64,000 nucleotides of DNA. Source: an uncultured Candidatus Saccharibacteria bacterium. GTDB taxonomy: Bacteria > Patescibacteriota > Minisyncoccia > Phycocordibacterales > G965230995. Positions 1 to 10,216 of this stretch are shown piece by piece. Made by a program: the position numbers and the translations under genes. Below the pieces are notes generated by a model. It worked only from the letters and a program-made list of their open reading frames with translations, made no database searches and was not told the DNA's origin. Where the stretch lies: positions 464,213 through 528,212 of the forward strand of contig OZ246398.1 of the NCBI GenBank assembly GCA_965230995.1, given 5' to 3'. Positions within the stretch are counted from its first letter, which is position 1; every line of letters starts with the position of its first letter.

Positions 1-120
1 GAAGTTGGTCGCTACAGGACCGAGGAAGAAGCCGTCGAGGCGAAGTGCAAGCTGTCGCCCGAGGAACAGCACCGGACGCTTCTGAGGTCGGTCAGGCCAA
101 TGTGTCGGTAGGGTCGAGTC
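1..120 (+). CDS. 3' end of a GC-rich ORF entering the window in frame 1 (…EVGRYRTEEEAVEAKCKLSPEEQHRTLLRSVRPMCR*); hypothetical
   Basis: Open frame from window edge to TAG at 118-120. Codon usage is GC-rich, unlike the AT-rich surroundings. Confidence 0.3.
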
Positions 121-169
121 GTCCAAGAGAGTCATCCTCACGGACGACTTTCTTGTAATATATATACGA

Positions 170-200
170 AAAACCCCAAAGAATATCTTTGGGATTTAAT
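170..200 (-). terminator. Intrinsic terminator hairpin (cccaaaga-atat-ctttggg plus T-run on minus strand), downstream of the partial tRNA-Leu 3' copy
   Basis: Inverted repeat plus U-tract read on the minus strand. Confidence 0.5.
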
Positions 201-204
201 GTTT

Positions 205-224
205 TTGTGGGCAGGAGAGGACTT
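205..224 (-). repeat. Partial duplicate of the tRNA-Leu(TAG) 3' end (T-loop to discriminator, ttgtgggcaggagaggactt). Att-like remnant.
   Basis: Identical 20 nt to 401-420, where the full tRNA ends; diverges upstream of the T-loop. Confidence 0.7.
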
Positions 225-227
225 GGT

Positions 228-290
228 CGCAACTCTTCTGCTACGATAAATCTACGCGACGAAGGTTGCGACCCCGCCTCCGCGACAAGT
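228..290. repeat. Copy A of a ~58-nt conserved module (ggtcgcaactcttctgctacgataaatctacgcgacgaaggttgcgaccccgcctc); forms a 9-bp stem with ~30-nt loop
   Basis: Near-identical copy at 11158-11215. Spurious ORFs 189..395 and 11140..11364 share the peptide NSSATINLR[D/N]EG.DPASAT only because of this nucleotide conservation. Confidence 0.6.
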
Positions 291-359
291 ATTATTTTTC
301 GTAAACTCAAAATAATCTTGTGTACCGCGTCCGGCTTTCAAGTCCTTACTTCCTCACAA

Positions 360-403
360 AACAAAAAGCCCCAGAGCTATTGCTCTGAAGCTTAATGTTT
401 TTG
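360..403 (-). terminator. Intrinsic terminator directly downstream of tRNA-Leu(TAG) (gcttcagagc-aata-gctctgggg plus T-run on minus strand)
   Basis: Hairpin plus U-tract. Confidence 0.6.
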
Positions 404-484
404 TGGGCAGGAGAGGACTTGAACCTCCATGGGTTACCCCGCTTGCTCCTAAGGCAAGTGCGTCTACCATTTCGCCACCTGCCC
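404..484 (-). tRNA. tRNA-Leu (anticodon TAG), long variable arm, CCA not encoded
   Basis: Cloverleaf read by hand: acceptor gggcagg/cctgccc, anticodon loop cttagga, T-loop ttcaagt. Confidence 0.8.
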
Positions 485-571
485 ACTTCGTATTTCTACG
501 GGGGTTATAGTATCATAAAATCTGCTAATAGCAAAAGCCAATTTTGTGTTTTTTATGATAAAATCGATTAA

Positions 572-1588
572 ATGGAATACAGCATAAAGGAATTACTAAA
601 TGACGAAAGGGAATATCCGCTTGAAATATTTGGCGGTTCGTCTTTTACGCAATCAAATATTTATGCAAATTGGCAGACAAAAAAGGGGAGATGGGTCGGC
701 AGATATTTGGTAGAGAAGAATAACAAAACTATAGCTTTCTTTCAGGTAATCGAATATCCGCTTTTTTTTGGTAAAAAATGTTTATACATACCTTATGGCC
801 CAGTTTCGATAGATACTTCGAGAGATTTTTTTGTATTTTTAAAAAATTCTTTGCTCAAGATTTCAAAAGAAAGAGATGCTATTTTTGCTCGAATAGATTT
901 TGATCCAAAAATTGAATCTGATTTGTTAAATAACATTTTTACAAAATCACCGGCTTGCACATACAGCTCTTCTTTCTTCCAGCCAAGATCAGAATGGGTT
1001 CTAGATATATCAAAAAGTGAAGAAGAGATACTTTTACAGATGGAAAAAGACACCAGATATTCTGTAAAGACATCACAAAAAAGAGGAGCCGTGGGTAGTA
1101 TAATCACTGAAGATTTCGGTAAATATTTTGATGATTTTTATAACCTTCTAGAAACGACAGCAAAGAGGAATGGTTTTGGTATTCACGACAAAAAATATTA
1201 CAAGAATATTTTTGAAAGTTTAAGAAAAGAAAATGCGTTTTTATCGATTGTCTCGGGTGAAAATATTTTAGTTATAGATGTGTTTATAATTTTCGGCAAA
1301 ACAGTCCATTATGTTTTTGGATCGAGTAGTAATGAAGAAAGAAACAAATTGCCTTCATATATGGCGATTTGGAATGCTATTTTATATGTAAAAGAAAAAG
1401 GAATAGAAAATATTAATTTTGGCGGATATTCTGCCGAAGCAAAAAAAGAAAAATGGAGTGGTTTTTCTATTTTTAAAAAAGGTTGGGGTGGGGAAGAATT
1501 AAAACATTCTGATTTTTTTGATATTGTATCAAATCGTTTTTGGTATTATCTGTATTCTTTTATTAAAAAGATAAAGACCTATATATAG
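572..1588 (+). CDS. FemAB-family peptidoglycan interpeptide-bridge aminoacyltransferase (FemX-like)
   Basis: 338 aa; size and sequence pattern resemble the FemAB family. Family-level recognition by eye only. Confidence 0.45.
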   Translation: MEYSIKELLNDEREYPLEIFGGSSFTQSNIYANWQTKKGRWVGRYLVEKNNKTIAFFQVIEYPLFFGKKCLYIPYGPVSIDTSRDFFVFLKNSLLKISKERDAIFARIDFDPKIESDLLNNIFTKSPACTYSSSFFQPRSEWVLDISKSEEEILLQMEKDTRYSVKTSQKRGAVGSIITEDFGKYFDDFYNLLETTAKRNGFGIHDKKYYKNIFESLRKENAFLSIVSGENILVIDVFIIFGKTVHYVFGSSSNEERNKLPSYMAIWNAILYVKEKGIENINFGGYSAEAKKEKWSGFSIFKKGWGGEELKHSDFFDIVSNRFWYYLYSFIKKIKTYI

Positions 1589-1649
1589 TTTTAACCGCCC
1601 GGCCATATGCACATCGTGCACTGGGTTCGGGCGGTTGCGTCGGCTATCC

Positions 1650-2153
1650 TTAGTAGCCGAGGGATTGTTTTTGTCTGTTGATGATCATCCTCACGGTTTG
1701 AGGTGAGGGGGTGAGCATGCGGTCCCCGCACACCTGAAGGTGCGCCTCCTTAATCAGGTGATTGAGTGTGAATGCCAGATCTGCAATGTCGGTCGCAGGG
1801 GGGATCACCACCTGTGGTGGAACGTGACCGGGTTTTTCTGGCGGGCTCTTAACCTTTGACCAGAGCCCGCACGTGACGGTACTCAGGACGTTGTGTCGTA
1901 CCAACCGGCGTTGGTATCTCTGCATCAGACGCCTGTGATAACACAAGTCGTTTTCAGCCTTGAGACGCATTTCTTCGTCTCGAATGGCCTGACTGATGAC
2001 CCCGTCCCAGCTGACCGGGATCCACTCTCCGTGCAGGTAAGATGGAAGGAGCACTCTCGAGAGAGCCTCTGTCATCATTGGGCACGTGAAGGGAGATCCT
2101 GCGATCGTGTACGGCACGATCGCAATTTCTCGTGGTTTCGGCAAATCTCTCAC
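1650..2153 (-). CDS. Hypothetical protein encoded in a GC-rich islet (GTG start, RBS aacGGAGG upstream)
   Basis: 167-aa ORF inside a visibly GC-rich ~620-bp insert (about 1590-2215) between the FemAB gene and the tRNA pair. No recognisable domain. Confidence 0.4.
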   Translation of the reverse strand: MRDLPKPREIAIVPYTIAGSPFTCPMMTEALSRVLLPSYLHGEWIPVSWDGVISQAIRDEEMRLKAENDLCYHRRLMQRYQRRLVRHNVLSTVTCGLWSKVKSPPEKPGHVPPQVVIPPATDIADLAFTLNHLIKEAHLQVCGDRMLTPSPQTVRMIINRQKQSLGY

Positions 2154-2329
2154 AAAAACCTCCGTTTGGCTTCAAGGTTCGGCTTCCGGTTCCGCAAAAA
2201 ATATAACCTAATATAGTAAAATAGTCAAATTTTTAATTCACACATACAATGAATTTTCTTGTTCTTGAAGAATTAATATTTTTTAAACAAAAAACCTCAA
2301 AGCATTACTTTGAAGCTTAATGTTTGTAG

Positions 2330-2411
2330 TGCCGAGGATGGGGGTTGAACCCATATCCCGTTAGGGACACGATTTTAAGTCGTGCGCGTATACCAATTCC
2401 GCCACCCCGGC
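2330..2411 (-). tRNA. tRNA-Leu (anticodon TAA)
   Basis: Acceptor gccgggg/cctcggc, anticodon loop cttaaaa, long variable arm, T-loop ttcaacc. Confidence 0.8.
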
Positions 2412-2418
2412 ATAGGTG

Positions 2419-2492
2419 AGGTGCAGGCCGGGGTTGAACCGGCGCATAACAGTTTTGCAGACTGTCGCGTTAACCAACTTCGCCACTGCACC
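2419..2492 (-). tRNA. tRNA-Cys (anticodon GCA)
   Basis: Acceptor ggtgcag/ctgcacc, anticodon loop ctgcaaa, T-loop ttcaacc. Confidence 0.8.
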
Positions 2493-2623
2493 ATATTTAT
2501 TTTTTCAATGTTCAAGCTCTAAATAATCATATCTGTAGTTAGCCTCCGCTAGCCGGTGGACTACCCCTACCAATGCTTGTTATTTCAAGCATATACATTT
2601 ATATCATAAAAAAAGACCAGGTT

Positions 2624-2956
2624 CTACCTATTTTTGTCTGATTGAATTATGTGTTCAATCTTCTGTCTGTTCTTTTCTCCCATATCAATTTCAAATGAAA
2701 AATGGGGGAGAACTCTCATACGAATCTTTCCCTTGAGAAAATTTCTCATTTCTATTCTTTTTCTGTTGAGAAAATCCATCACAGCTTCCTCTTTTTCTTC
2801 GGGTAATACAGAAACATACACTATTACATCTTTGCCTTTGTTTTGTAATTCTATATTTGTAACAGTTATGAGCGAAGTTCTGTTTGATTGCAAACCGATG
2901 AACTGTGCTGTCATATTTTTTATTGCCTCGATTGTTCTTTCTTCTTTTATGCTCAT
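2624..2956 (-). CDS. rbfA: Ribosome-binding factor A
   Basis: 110 aa, RbfA-like sequence, immediately downstream of infB (conserved infB-rbfA order). Confidence 0.7.
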   Translation of the reverse strand: MSIKEERTIEAIKNMTAQFIGLQSNRTSLITVTNIELQNKGKDVIVYVSVLPEEKEEAVMDFLNRKRIEMRNFLKGKIRMRVLPHFSFEIDMGEKNRQKIEHIIQSDKNR

Positions 2957-2957
2957 A

Positions 2958-4463
2958 TTATTTTTGAACTGTTGAAAAACCTCTTATTATATCTCCTTCA
3001 GAAATTTCAAATTTTGATTCTATCATCATTCCAAATTCTCCTGTGGTTATCTCTCGCGTCTTTTCTTTTTGTTGCTGAATTTCTTGGATATTGCCTTTGC
3101 CGATTTCTGCTTCTTTCCTGATTACTTTTACCATATCTCCGATTTTAAGTGATCCAGAGAGCATCTTGCCCCCGATAACGTGTTGATCTTTTCTATTGCT
3201 AAATACTTTTAATATTTTGGCTTCTCCGGTGACTTCATCTACGAGAGAAAGGGGAGTCCTTTCTTTTAATGCGTTCTTTAGCCAATCTGTTAATTCGTAT
3301 ATTATTCCGAATGATTTTACAGTGATGTTTGTTCGTTCAATAAGGCTCTGTGCTTTTGAGTCGATTTTTGTATTAAATGCAAGGATTATTGTGTCTGGGT
3401 TAGAAGATGCTGTTTTTATGTCATTTTCAGAAACAGCTCCGATGTCTGTGTAGATTACTTGTGTTCTTATCCTTTCGTCTAATTCCATTTTGGATATTTC
3501 ATAGACCACTGCATCGGCACTCCCTGATGTGTCTGCCCTGACTATTATTGGAATTGTTTTTTTGTTCGGGTCTTCTTCGCATTGAGAAAAATTAGAACAA
3601 TCTATCTCTGCTTTATTTTCTTTTGCATAACTCTCGGCTTCTTTTTTTGTATCGAATGTGACAAAGGTGCTTCCAACGCAAGGTTGTCCTGTCCAGCCGA
3701 TTATTTTTACTGGTGAAGAAAAACTTGCACTAGATATCATTTCACCGAGAAAGTTTTCCATTATTCTAACCGGGGAATACGCACCGGCTGTTGCAACATA
3801 CGAACCTTTTTCTAGTATCCCGTCTTTGATTACCAAAGTAGCCACGGAACCTTTTTTTGGATCCATATTGCTCTCGATGACTATTCCGCTAGCATTATTT
3901 TTTTTGTTTGCTTTTAGATCTTCAAGCTCTGCCACAAGAATTATCATATCCAAAAGATCGTCGACTCCTTTTCCTGTCTTTGCGGATATTGGCACAGCGG
4001 GGATTGTTCCACCCCATCCCTCAACGTATATTTCGTTTTCAGCAAGGCTTTGTTTTGTCCTCTCTATGTTTGCTGTTTCTTTGTCGATTTTGTTTATTGC
4101 GACTATGTACGGGATTTTACCTTGGAGAATACATTTCAAAGCGTCGATTGTTTGTGGTTTTACACCTTCTTCGGCAGATACGACGAGTATTGCAATGTCG
4201 GCGACTTTCACACCGCGTGTTCTGATTGCAGAAAAAGCCTCGTGACCTGGGGTATCCAAAAACGTTATTTTAGATTGAGCCCCTTCTTTTGTTTTGTGAT
4301 CTACTTCGTAAGCAGATAGGTGTTGAGTAATGCCACCTTGTTCGTTTGCGACGATATTTGTTTTGCGGATATAGTCAAGTAGCGTCGATTTACCGTGATC
4401 GATGTGTCCCATTACCGCTACAACTGGCGGTCTTTGTATTGTGTTTTCTTTCTTGGTTTCCAT
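2958..4463 (-). CDS. infB: Translation initiation factor IF-2 (short form)
   Basis: GTPase G1 motif VAVMGHIDHGKSTLLD, then G-domain and C-terminal beta-barrel domains. Confidence 0.9.
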   Translation of the reverse strand: METKKENTIQRPPVVAVMGHIDHGKSTLLDYIRKTNIVANEQGGITQHLSAYEVDHKTKEGAQSKITFLDTPGHEAFSAIRTRGVKVADIAILVVSAEEGVKPQTIDALKCILQGKIPYIVAINKIDKETANIERTKQSLAENEIYVEGWGGTIPAVPISAKTGKGVDDLLDMIILVAELEDLKANKKNNASGIVIESNMDPKKGSVATLVIKDGILEKGSYVATAGAYSPVRIMENFLGEMISSASFSSPVKIIGWTGQPCVGSTFVTFDTKKEAESYAKENKAEIDCSNFSQCEEDPNKKTIPIIVRADTSGSADAVVYEISKMELDERIRTQVIYTDIGAVSENDIKTASSNPDTIILAFNTKIDSKAQSLIERTNITVKSFGIIYELTDWLKNALKERTPLSLVDEVTGEAKILKVFSNRKDQHVIGGKMLSGSLKIGDMVKVIRKEAEIGKGNIQEIQQQKEKTREITTGEFGMMIESKFEISEGDIIRGFSTVQK

Positions 4464-4495
4464 CGCGGTATTTTTTAGCTACTAATTGCTCCATT

Positions 4496-4963
4496 TTATT
4501 TAATTGAATTTTGTGCTTTGTTTATAACATCACGTTCTTCTTCGGAAAGTTCAAAATCAGAGCTGTTCGAAGTGAGACCTTTTGCAAAAACGCTAACGCG
4601 ATCTCTTGAGTAGAGGCTCGAAATTACTACTCCATTGCCGTCTTCGTCGATAAAAGCAGATGCAAAGCTCTGGTTTCCACCAGCACCTGTTCCCTTGAAT
4701 GGATTGAATCTGATTACTTTGACTGCTTGTATGCTTCTTCTGATTCTCTTGTCATCATAAACAAGTTGTTTTTCGGTTTTTTTTCTGAATTCCTCGATTT
4801 TTTCAATCTCCTTGCTGATTGTTTTGATTGAATCTTCGATGGATACACTTCCTTTTCCAAGAAGCATCTTGCCCATCCTCATTTCTATTCTTATTAACCA
4901 AATGGCGATTATCACAATAACCGCAAGTAAAACAATGATAAGTTGGTTTATGTCGAGTATCAT
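4496..4963 (-). CDS. DUF4446-like membrane-anchored protein
   Basis: N-terminal TM helix; RFNPF…GGNQSF motif typical of DUF4446. Confidence 0.45.
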   Translation of the reverse strand: MILDINQLIIVLLAVIVIIAIWLIRIEMRMGKMLLGKGSVSIEDSIKTISKEIEKIEEFRKKTEKQLVYDDKRIRRSIQAVKVIRFNPFKGTGAGGNQSFASAFIDEDGNGVVISSLYSRDRVSVFAKGLTSNSSDFELSEEERDVINKAQNSIK

Positions 4964-5134
4964 AGATGTATTTTAAAAAAACTATTATTTCCCCGAACCG
5001 CTTTAAAGTCTACAAGAAACCATTATACATATTGACAGGGCTTTTGTAAAACTACATTGTAATGTAACATACAATACATATGAATATATTTAATATTCTA
5101 AAAAAGAAAAAAAAGAGCAAAGATTCAATATATA

Positions 5135-6267
5135 TGGACTATGCGTCTGCGACTTTTGTTTTACCAGAAGTCCATACGGCTATGGAACCATTTTTTGATA
5201 AAAATTTTTCTAACCCAGCGAGCCTATATCAAAGTGGTTTAGATGCAAGAGAAGCAATTTCAAATGCACGAAAAGATATTGCGAATGTAATTGGTTGTAG
5301 GCCAAATGAAATATATTTTACCGCAAGCGGAACCGAATCAAACAATATGGCATTTTTGGGATTGCGAGACAAAAATGGCAGGTTTGATGGTATGCATTTT
5401 GTGACAATGAAAACAGAACATTCTTCTGTTAAAGAAATAACAAAAGAAATTGAAAGACTTGGTGGAAGTGTGAGCTGCGCAAAATCTAACGACGACGGAA
5501 TTATTGATCTTGAAGATCTAGAACTATTGATCAAGAAAGAAACTGTGATGGTTTCCGTAATGATGGTTAATAATGAAATCGGGACAATACAACCCATAAA
5601 GGAAATTGCATCTGTAATAAGACGAGCAAACAAAAAATTTGGAAAAGAAATTATTTTTCATACTGATGCTTGCCAGGCACCGCAATATCTAAAAATAGAG
5701 ATAGAAAAATTAGGTGTTTCTATGCTTACGCTTGATTCTTCAAAAATTTATGGACCAAAGGGGATCGGTATGCTTTATGTTAAAAAGGGAATTAATTTAA
5801 AGCCGATAATTTTTGGTGGTGGTCAGGAGGGGGGCTTGCGTTCGGGGACAGAAAACGTCGCAGGTATTGTTGGATTTGCTAAAGCGATGGTTATTGTAGA
5901 TTCCGATAGGAAAAAAGAAACAGAGAGAATAAAAAATATCAGAGATTATGCTTTTAAAAAAATTACAGAAAATTTTCCGTCAGCGATTATAAATGGATCT
6001 GTAGAATCTAGAATTGCAAATAATATCAATGTTTGTTTTCCTGGTATCGATTCTGAATTTGTTGTAATAAAATTAGGATACGAAGGAATAGAATGTTCTT
6101 ACGCAAGCACTTGCAAGACCTTGGGTAACGATAATTCTTCTTATGTTCTAGAAGCAATTGGAAAAAAAGATTGTGCAACTTCATCGCTAAGGTTTACTTT
6201 CGGTAGAAAAACAGAAAAAGAAGACATTGATATTTTGATCAGTACACTAAAAAAGATTATTGCTTAG
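5135..6267 (+). CDS. Cysteine desulfurase (class V aminotransferase, NifS/IscS-like)
   Basis: TASGTESNN and PLP-lysine region SSKIYGPKGIG. The ORF track starts at 5080, but the conserved N-terminus begins at MDYASATF (5135). Confidence 0.8.
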
Positions 6268-6285
6268 TGTTCTTTTATTTTATTT

Positions 6286-7134
6286 TTGCTATCATATATC
6301 TATATGGAAGACCTCACAAAACAACAAGTAATTTTGCTGGCTCTGCTCCTGTCTTTTGTTACATCAATCGGAACTGGAATTATAACCGTGTCACTTTTAG
6401 ACGAGGCGCCAGAGACTGTTACCCAGACAATAAACCGAGTCGTTGAGAGAACAATAGAAAACGTCTTGCCAACCGAGACGACCATAAAAGAAACAGAGAC
6501 TCAGACCAGAGTAGTAGTAGAAAAAGATGACACGATATCAAACGCAATATCTAAATCCTCAAAAGCATTGGTGAGAGTTTATACTGCATCAGGCGAAGAT
6601 CGTGCGTTCTTTTCAATGGGTGTTGTAGTAAGGGACGATGGACTTGTTGCTGTATCTTCTTTAGGTTTTGTTCCGACTTACAAATACATTGCTGTCTTTG
6701 ATGACAAAAAGGAATACGAATTGAAAGCTTCCGAAGAAGAATCTGTTTCTGAAATTGCTTTTCTCAAAGCTGTTTTGAAAGAAGAAGAAAATAAAAAATT
6801 TGATATCGCAGAAATTATCTCTCCCAAGGATTTAAAACTCGGTCAGACAATAATAAATATCGGAGGCGATAAAAATATGTCTGTTCAGGTGGGCAGGATT
6901 TCATCTCTACCAAAACTTAAAGACAAAGATGAAAAAGAATATATATCTGCAATAGAAACAGACATAAGTTCGGCCACATTAGGAAGCGTTATTGTTGATT
7001 TGTCGGGAATGATTGTGGGCTTTAATTCGATAGTCGGAGATCTAAAATTAAACAAATCTTTTACCCCGGCCCAAAATCTAATTCCAATTAAAAAAGAAGT
7101 CGTAGAAACCCCTCCAACAAACAACAATCCATAA
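6286..7134 (+). CDS. Membrane-anchored protein with a degenerate trypsin/HtrA-like fold (predicted inactive)
   Basis: N-terminal TM. The region aligns loosely with the HtrA protease domain, but the His and the GNSGG serine motif are absent. Confidence 0.3.
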   Translation: MLSYIYMEDLTKQQVILLALLLSFVTSIGTGIITVSLLDEAPETVTQTINRVVERTIENVLPTETTIKETETQTRVVVEKDDTISNAISKSSKALVRVYTASGEDRAFFSMGVVVRDDGLVAVSSLGFVPTYKYIAVFDDKKEYELKASEEESVSEIAFLKAVLKEEENKKFDIAEIISPKDLKLGQTIINIGGDKNMSVQVGRISSLPKLKDKDEKEYISAIETDISSATLGSVIVDLSGMIVGFNSIVGDLKLNKSFTPAQNLIPIKKEVVETPPTNNNP

Positions 7135-7206
7135 TTTGACTCTATTTCGTTAGTGTTGTATTTATAGAAGTATAATAATTTATAAGAATAGTTAATAAAT
7201 GAACAT

Positions 7207-9897
7207 ATGCCACCGTTCAATGATTTTACGACAAAGGCGAAAGAAGCAATCAGAAAGGCGCACGAGCTTGCAATAGAAAGGGGACAAAATCACGTGAGCC
7301 CTCTGCATCTTTTGACTGCTTTGGTTTTGCAAGAAGAATCGATGGTAGCTTCTATCATAGACAAACTAGAAGTAGATTCGATATTACTTACAGATTCAAT
7401 TATCGATTCGATAGAGGTCGCAGAAGGTGCGAGAACCGTATCGCCTGCATATCAAATATATTTAACTCCAGAAATGGCGCGTGTCCTCGAGGACAGCGTT
7501 AGAATAGCAAAAGCTCTGGGTGATGAATTTGTATCCACAGAGCATCTATTCATTGCAATTTCAGATATCACTGGTCCGGCAAAAGATTTGCTACGAAGAT
7601 TCAAGATTACAAAAGAAAGCATAGAAAAAGTTCTCGAAGAATTAAAAAACAGTAAAGATGCAGATATACAAAAACCAAAGAGATTCAGGACTCTGCATAA
7701 ATACACAAGAAATCTCACAAAGCTCGCTTCAGAAAACAAACTCGATCCAGTCATCGGAAGAGATAAAGAAATTTCTCGAATAATACAGATTCTCTCGAGA
7801 AGAACAAAAAATAACCCGATATTGATAGGAGAAGCTGGTGTTGGAAAAACCGCAATCGTCGAAGGCTTAGCCACCAGAATTGCAACAGGTGATGTACCAG
7901 AATCATTAAAAGACAAAGAGATGGTTTCTCTTGATCTTGGCCTTCTTATTGCTGGTACAAAATACAGAGGAGAATTCGAGGAAAGACTAAAGGCTCTCCT
8001 CAAAGATATAGAAAAATCAGACGGAAAGATAATTCTTTTTGTTGATGAAATTCATACAATAGTCGGAGCCGGTTCTTCAGAAGGTTCTATGGATGCTTCT
8101 AATATGCTAAAGCCCGCACTTGCAAGAGGCGAGCTTCGAACTGTTGGCGCGACAACTTTGCGTGAGTATCAAAAACATATCGAAAAGGATCCTGCTCTCA
8201 CAAGAAGATTTCAGCCTGTAATGGTTTCTGAACCTTCAATTGATGATGCGATGACTATTTTGCGAGGCTTAAAAGAAAAATACGAGCTCTATCACGGTGT
8301 CAGAATCACAGATGAAGCAATCAGGGCTGCTGTTAATTTATCTGCTAGATATATTTCAGATAGATTTTTGCCAGACAAAGCTGTTGACTTGATCGACGAA
8401 GCGTCTTCGCAATTAAAGATTTCTCTAGAAAATATGCCTCCGATTTTGCAAGAGACAAGATCAAAAGTGATGAAGCTTGAAATTGAGAGGGAAGCTTTAA
8501 ACAAAGAACTTTTGGATCACAAAGATTCAAAGATAGAAGACAGGCTAAAAGAAATTGAAAAAGCTGTTGCTGATTTGAAAGAAAAGACTGCCGAAATAGA
8601 GCTTAAATGGAAAAACGAAAAAGAAACAGTTTCTGACATAAAAAGAATTAAAAAAGATTTGGAAACCTTGAGACTCGAAGCCGAGGGTGCAGAAGCAAGG
8701 GCAGATTTGTCAAAAGCTGCTGAAATAAGATATGGAAAAATACCAGAACTAGAGAGAGAGCTTGATCAGAAAAGCAAGAGACTAAAAAGACTCCAGAGCT
8801 CTCGAAGAATATTAAAAGAAGAAATTACAGAACCGGACATTGCCGAAGTGGTTTCAAGATGGACTGGTGTACCTGTCACAAGGATGCTTGAGAGTGAAGC
8901 TGAAAAATTACAGAGAATGGAAGAAAAGCTTCACGAAAGAGTTGTCGGTCAAGAAGAAGCTGTCAAAAAAGTATCTGATACGATCAAGAGATCAAGAGCG
9001 GGGATTGCAGACCCAAACAAACCAATCGGATCGTTCTTGTTCCTTGGTCCAACTGGTGTTGGTAAAACAGAATTAACCAAAGCCTTGGCAGAATTTCTAT
9101 TTGATGATGAAAAGGCTCTCATCCGAGTCGATATGTCTGAATATATGGAGAAACATGCAGTGTCTAAAATAATCGGTGCTCCACCAGGATATGTTGGATA
9201 TGAAGAGGGTGGTACACTAACAGAACAAGTCAGACATAGACCATATTCTGTAATTCTCTTTGATGAAATTGAAAAAGCTCATCCCGATGCGTTTAATATC
9301 TTGCTCCAAGTCCTAGACAACGGAAGACTTACGGATGCAAAAGGTAGAACTGTTAATTTCAAAAACACAGTCATTATCCTTACTTCAAACATTGGAGCTC
9401 AGTACATAGACAAGATGGAGAAATTAGGATTCTCGAAAAGTGACAACAAGGAAAAAGAAAATTATGAAGATGTAAAATCTAAAGTCCTTGAGAGCTTGAA
9501 AGACCATTTCAAACCGGAATTCATAAACAGATTGGATGAAATAATCGTATTTGATGTGTTGTCAAGAGAAGCAATTTCAAAGATAGTCGAGATACAGATA
9601 TCTATGGTCAAAGAAAGATTGTCTCAGAAAGATGTGGCTCTCGAGGTTACAAATGATGCTCTGGAATATCTTGCAAAAGAAGGTTACAACCCTGAATACG
9701 GAGCAAGGCCTTTAAAGAGAATTATACAATCAAAGATTCTTAACCCAGTTGCGTCCCTTATGATTGGAAAGGGAATAACCAGAGGAGGTTCAATAACTAT
9801 TGGATTCAAAAAAGATGAATTAACATTCGATGTTAAAAAGGGGAGGCGTGGCTCGCTATTTCAAGAAGAAGTTATAAAGGAAACAGTGACATCATAA
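7207..9897 (+). CDS. clpB: ClpB chaperone (two AAA+ modules with long coiled-coil middle domain)
   Basis: N-domain, Walker A GEAGVGKT and GPTGVGKT, M-domain coiled coil; 896 aa. Confidence 0.9.
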   Translation: MPPFNDFTTKAKEAIRKAHELAIERGQNHVSPLHLLTALVLQEESMVASIIDKLEVDSILLTDSIIDSIEVAEGARTVSPAYQIYLTPEMARVLEDSVRIAKALGDEFVSTEHLFIAISDITGPAKDLLRRFKITKESIEKVLEELKNSKDADIQKPKRFRTLHKYTRNLTKLASENKLDPVIGRDKEISRIIQILSRRTKNNPILIGEAGVGKTAIVEGLATRIATGDVPESLKDKEMVSLDLGLLIAGTKYRGEFEERLKALLKDIEKSDGKIILFVDEIHTIVGAGSSEGSMDASNMLKPALARGELRTVGATTLREYQKHIEKDPALTRRFQPVMVSEPSIDDAMTILRGLKEKYELYHGVRITDEAIRAAVNLSARYISDRFLPDKAVDLIDEASSQLKISLENMPPILQETRSKVMKLEIEREALNKELLDHKDSKIEDRLKEIEKAVADLKEKTAEIELKWKNEKETVSDIKRIKKDLETLRLEAEGAEARADLSKAAEIRYGKIPELERELDQKSKRLKRLQSSRRILKEEITEPDIAEVVSRWTGVPVTRMLESEAEKLQRMEEKLHERVVGQEEAVKKVSDTIKRSRAGIADPNKPIGSFLFLGPTGVGKTELTKALAEFLFDDEKALIRVDMSEYMEKHAVSKIIGAPPGYVGYEEGGTLTEQVRHRPYSVILFDEIEKAHPDAFNILLQVLDNGRLTDAKGRTVNFKNTVIILTSNIGAQYIDKMEKLGFSKSDNKEKENYEDVKSKVLESLKDHFKPEFINRLDEIIVFDVLSREAISKIVEIQISMVKERLSQKDVALEVTNDALEYLAKEGYNPEYGARPLKRIIQSKILNPVASLMIGKGITRGGSITIGFKKDELTFDVKKGRRGSLFQEEVIKETVTS

Positions 9898-9935
9898 TAT
9901 TTCAAAAACCGCACACAGTGCGGTTTTTGAAACGT
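9898..9935. terminator. Bidirectional intrinsic terminator (aaaaaccgc-acacagt-gcggttttt)
   Basis: Perfect hairpin with flanking A/T runs between convergent genes. Confidence 0.6.
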
Positions 9936-9975
9936 TAAAGCCCCAACCGGGTGGGGCTCGTGTTCGCGCAGTCCT

Positions 9976-10161
9976 TCACTGCTCTTCTCTCTTCATGCAT
10001 TCAGCAATTGCAATGAACAAGCCAGCAATTGCTACTGTGAAGCAGATGACGGTAATGATGAAGAACCCTTTCTTGCTGAAGCCTACACCAAAGTAAGCCC
10101 CGAAGAAGAGCATCAAAATTCCAATCACTGCTGGACGAAAAAGATCTTTGATTAGCTTCAT
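9976..10161 (-). CDS. Small two-TM membrane protein, hypothetical
   Basis: 61 aa, two hydrophobic helices. Confidence 0.35.
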   Translation of the reverse strand: MKLIKDLFRPAVIGILMLFFGAYFGVGFSKKGFFIITVICFTVAIAGLFIAIAECMKREEQ

Positions 10162-10216
10162 TTTGGAAGCCCTCCTTCAATATAGAATCTACATTATTTT
10201 TCTATGTGTATCAATG

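Noticed and set aside
189-395. 68-aa ORF, and its look-alike 11140..11364, sharing the peptide NSSATINLR[D/N]EG.DPASAT
   Set aside because: The shared peptide is a by-product of the conserved 58-nt non-coding Y module. The ORFs cross terminator hairpins and a tRNA 3'-end copy. There is no RBS and no independent coding signal.
2649-4319. Antisense ORFs inside rbfA/infB (2649..2975, 3658..4245, 3908..4225 and others). Similar antisense ORFs inside clpB (7452..8003), the Clp ATPase (29346..30029), dus (31344..32181) and nrdD (50834..51220).
   Set aside because: They lie opposite strongly conserved genes, have low-complexity or hydrophobic-junk translations and no RBS. Typical AT-rich shadow ORFs.
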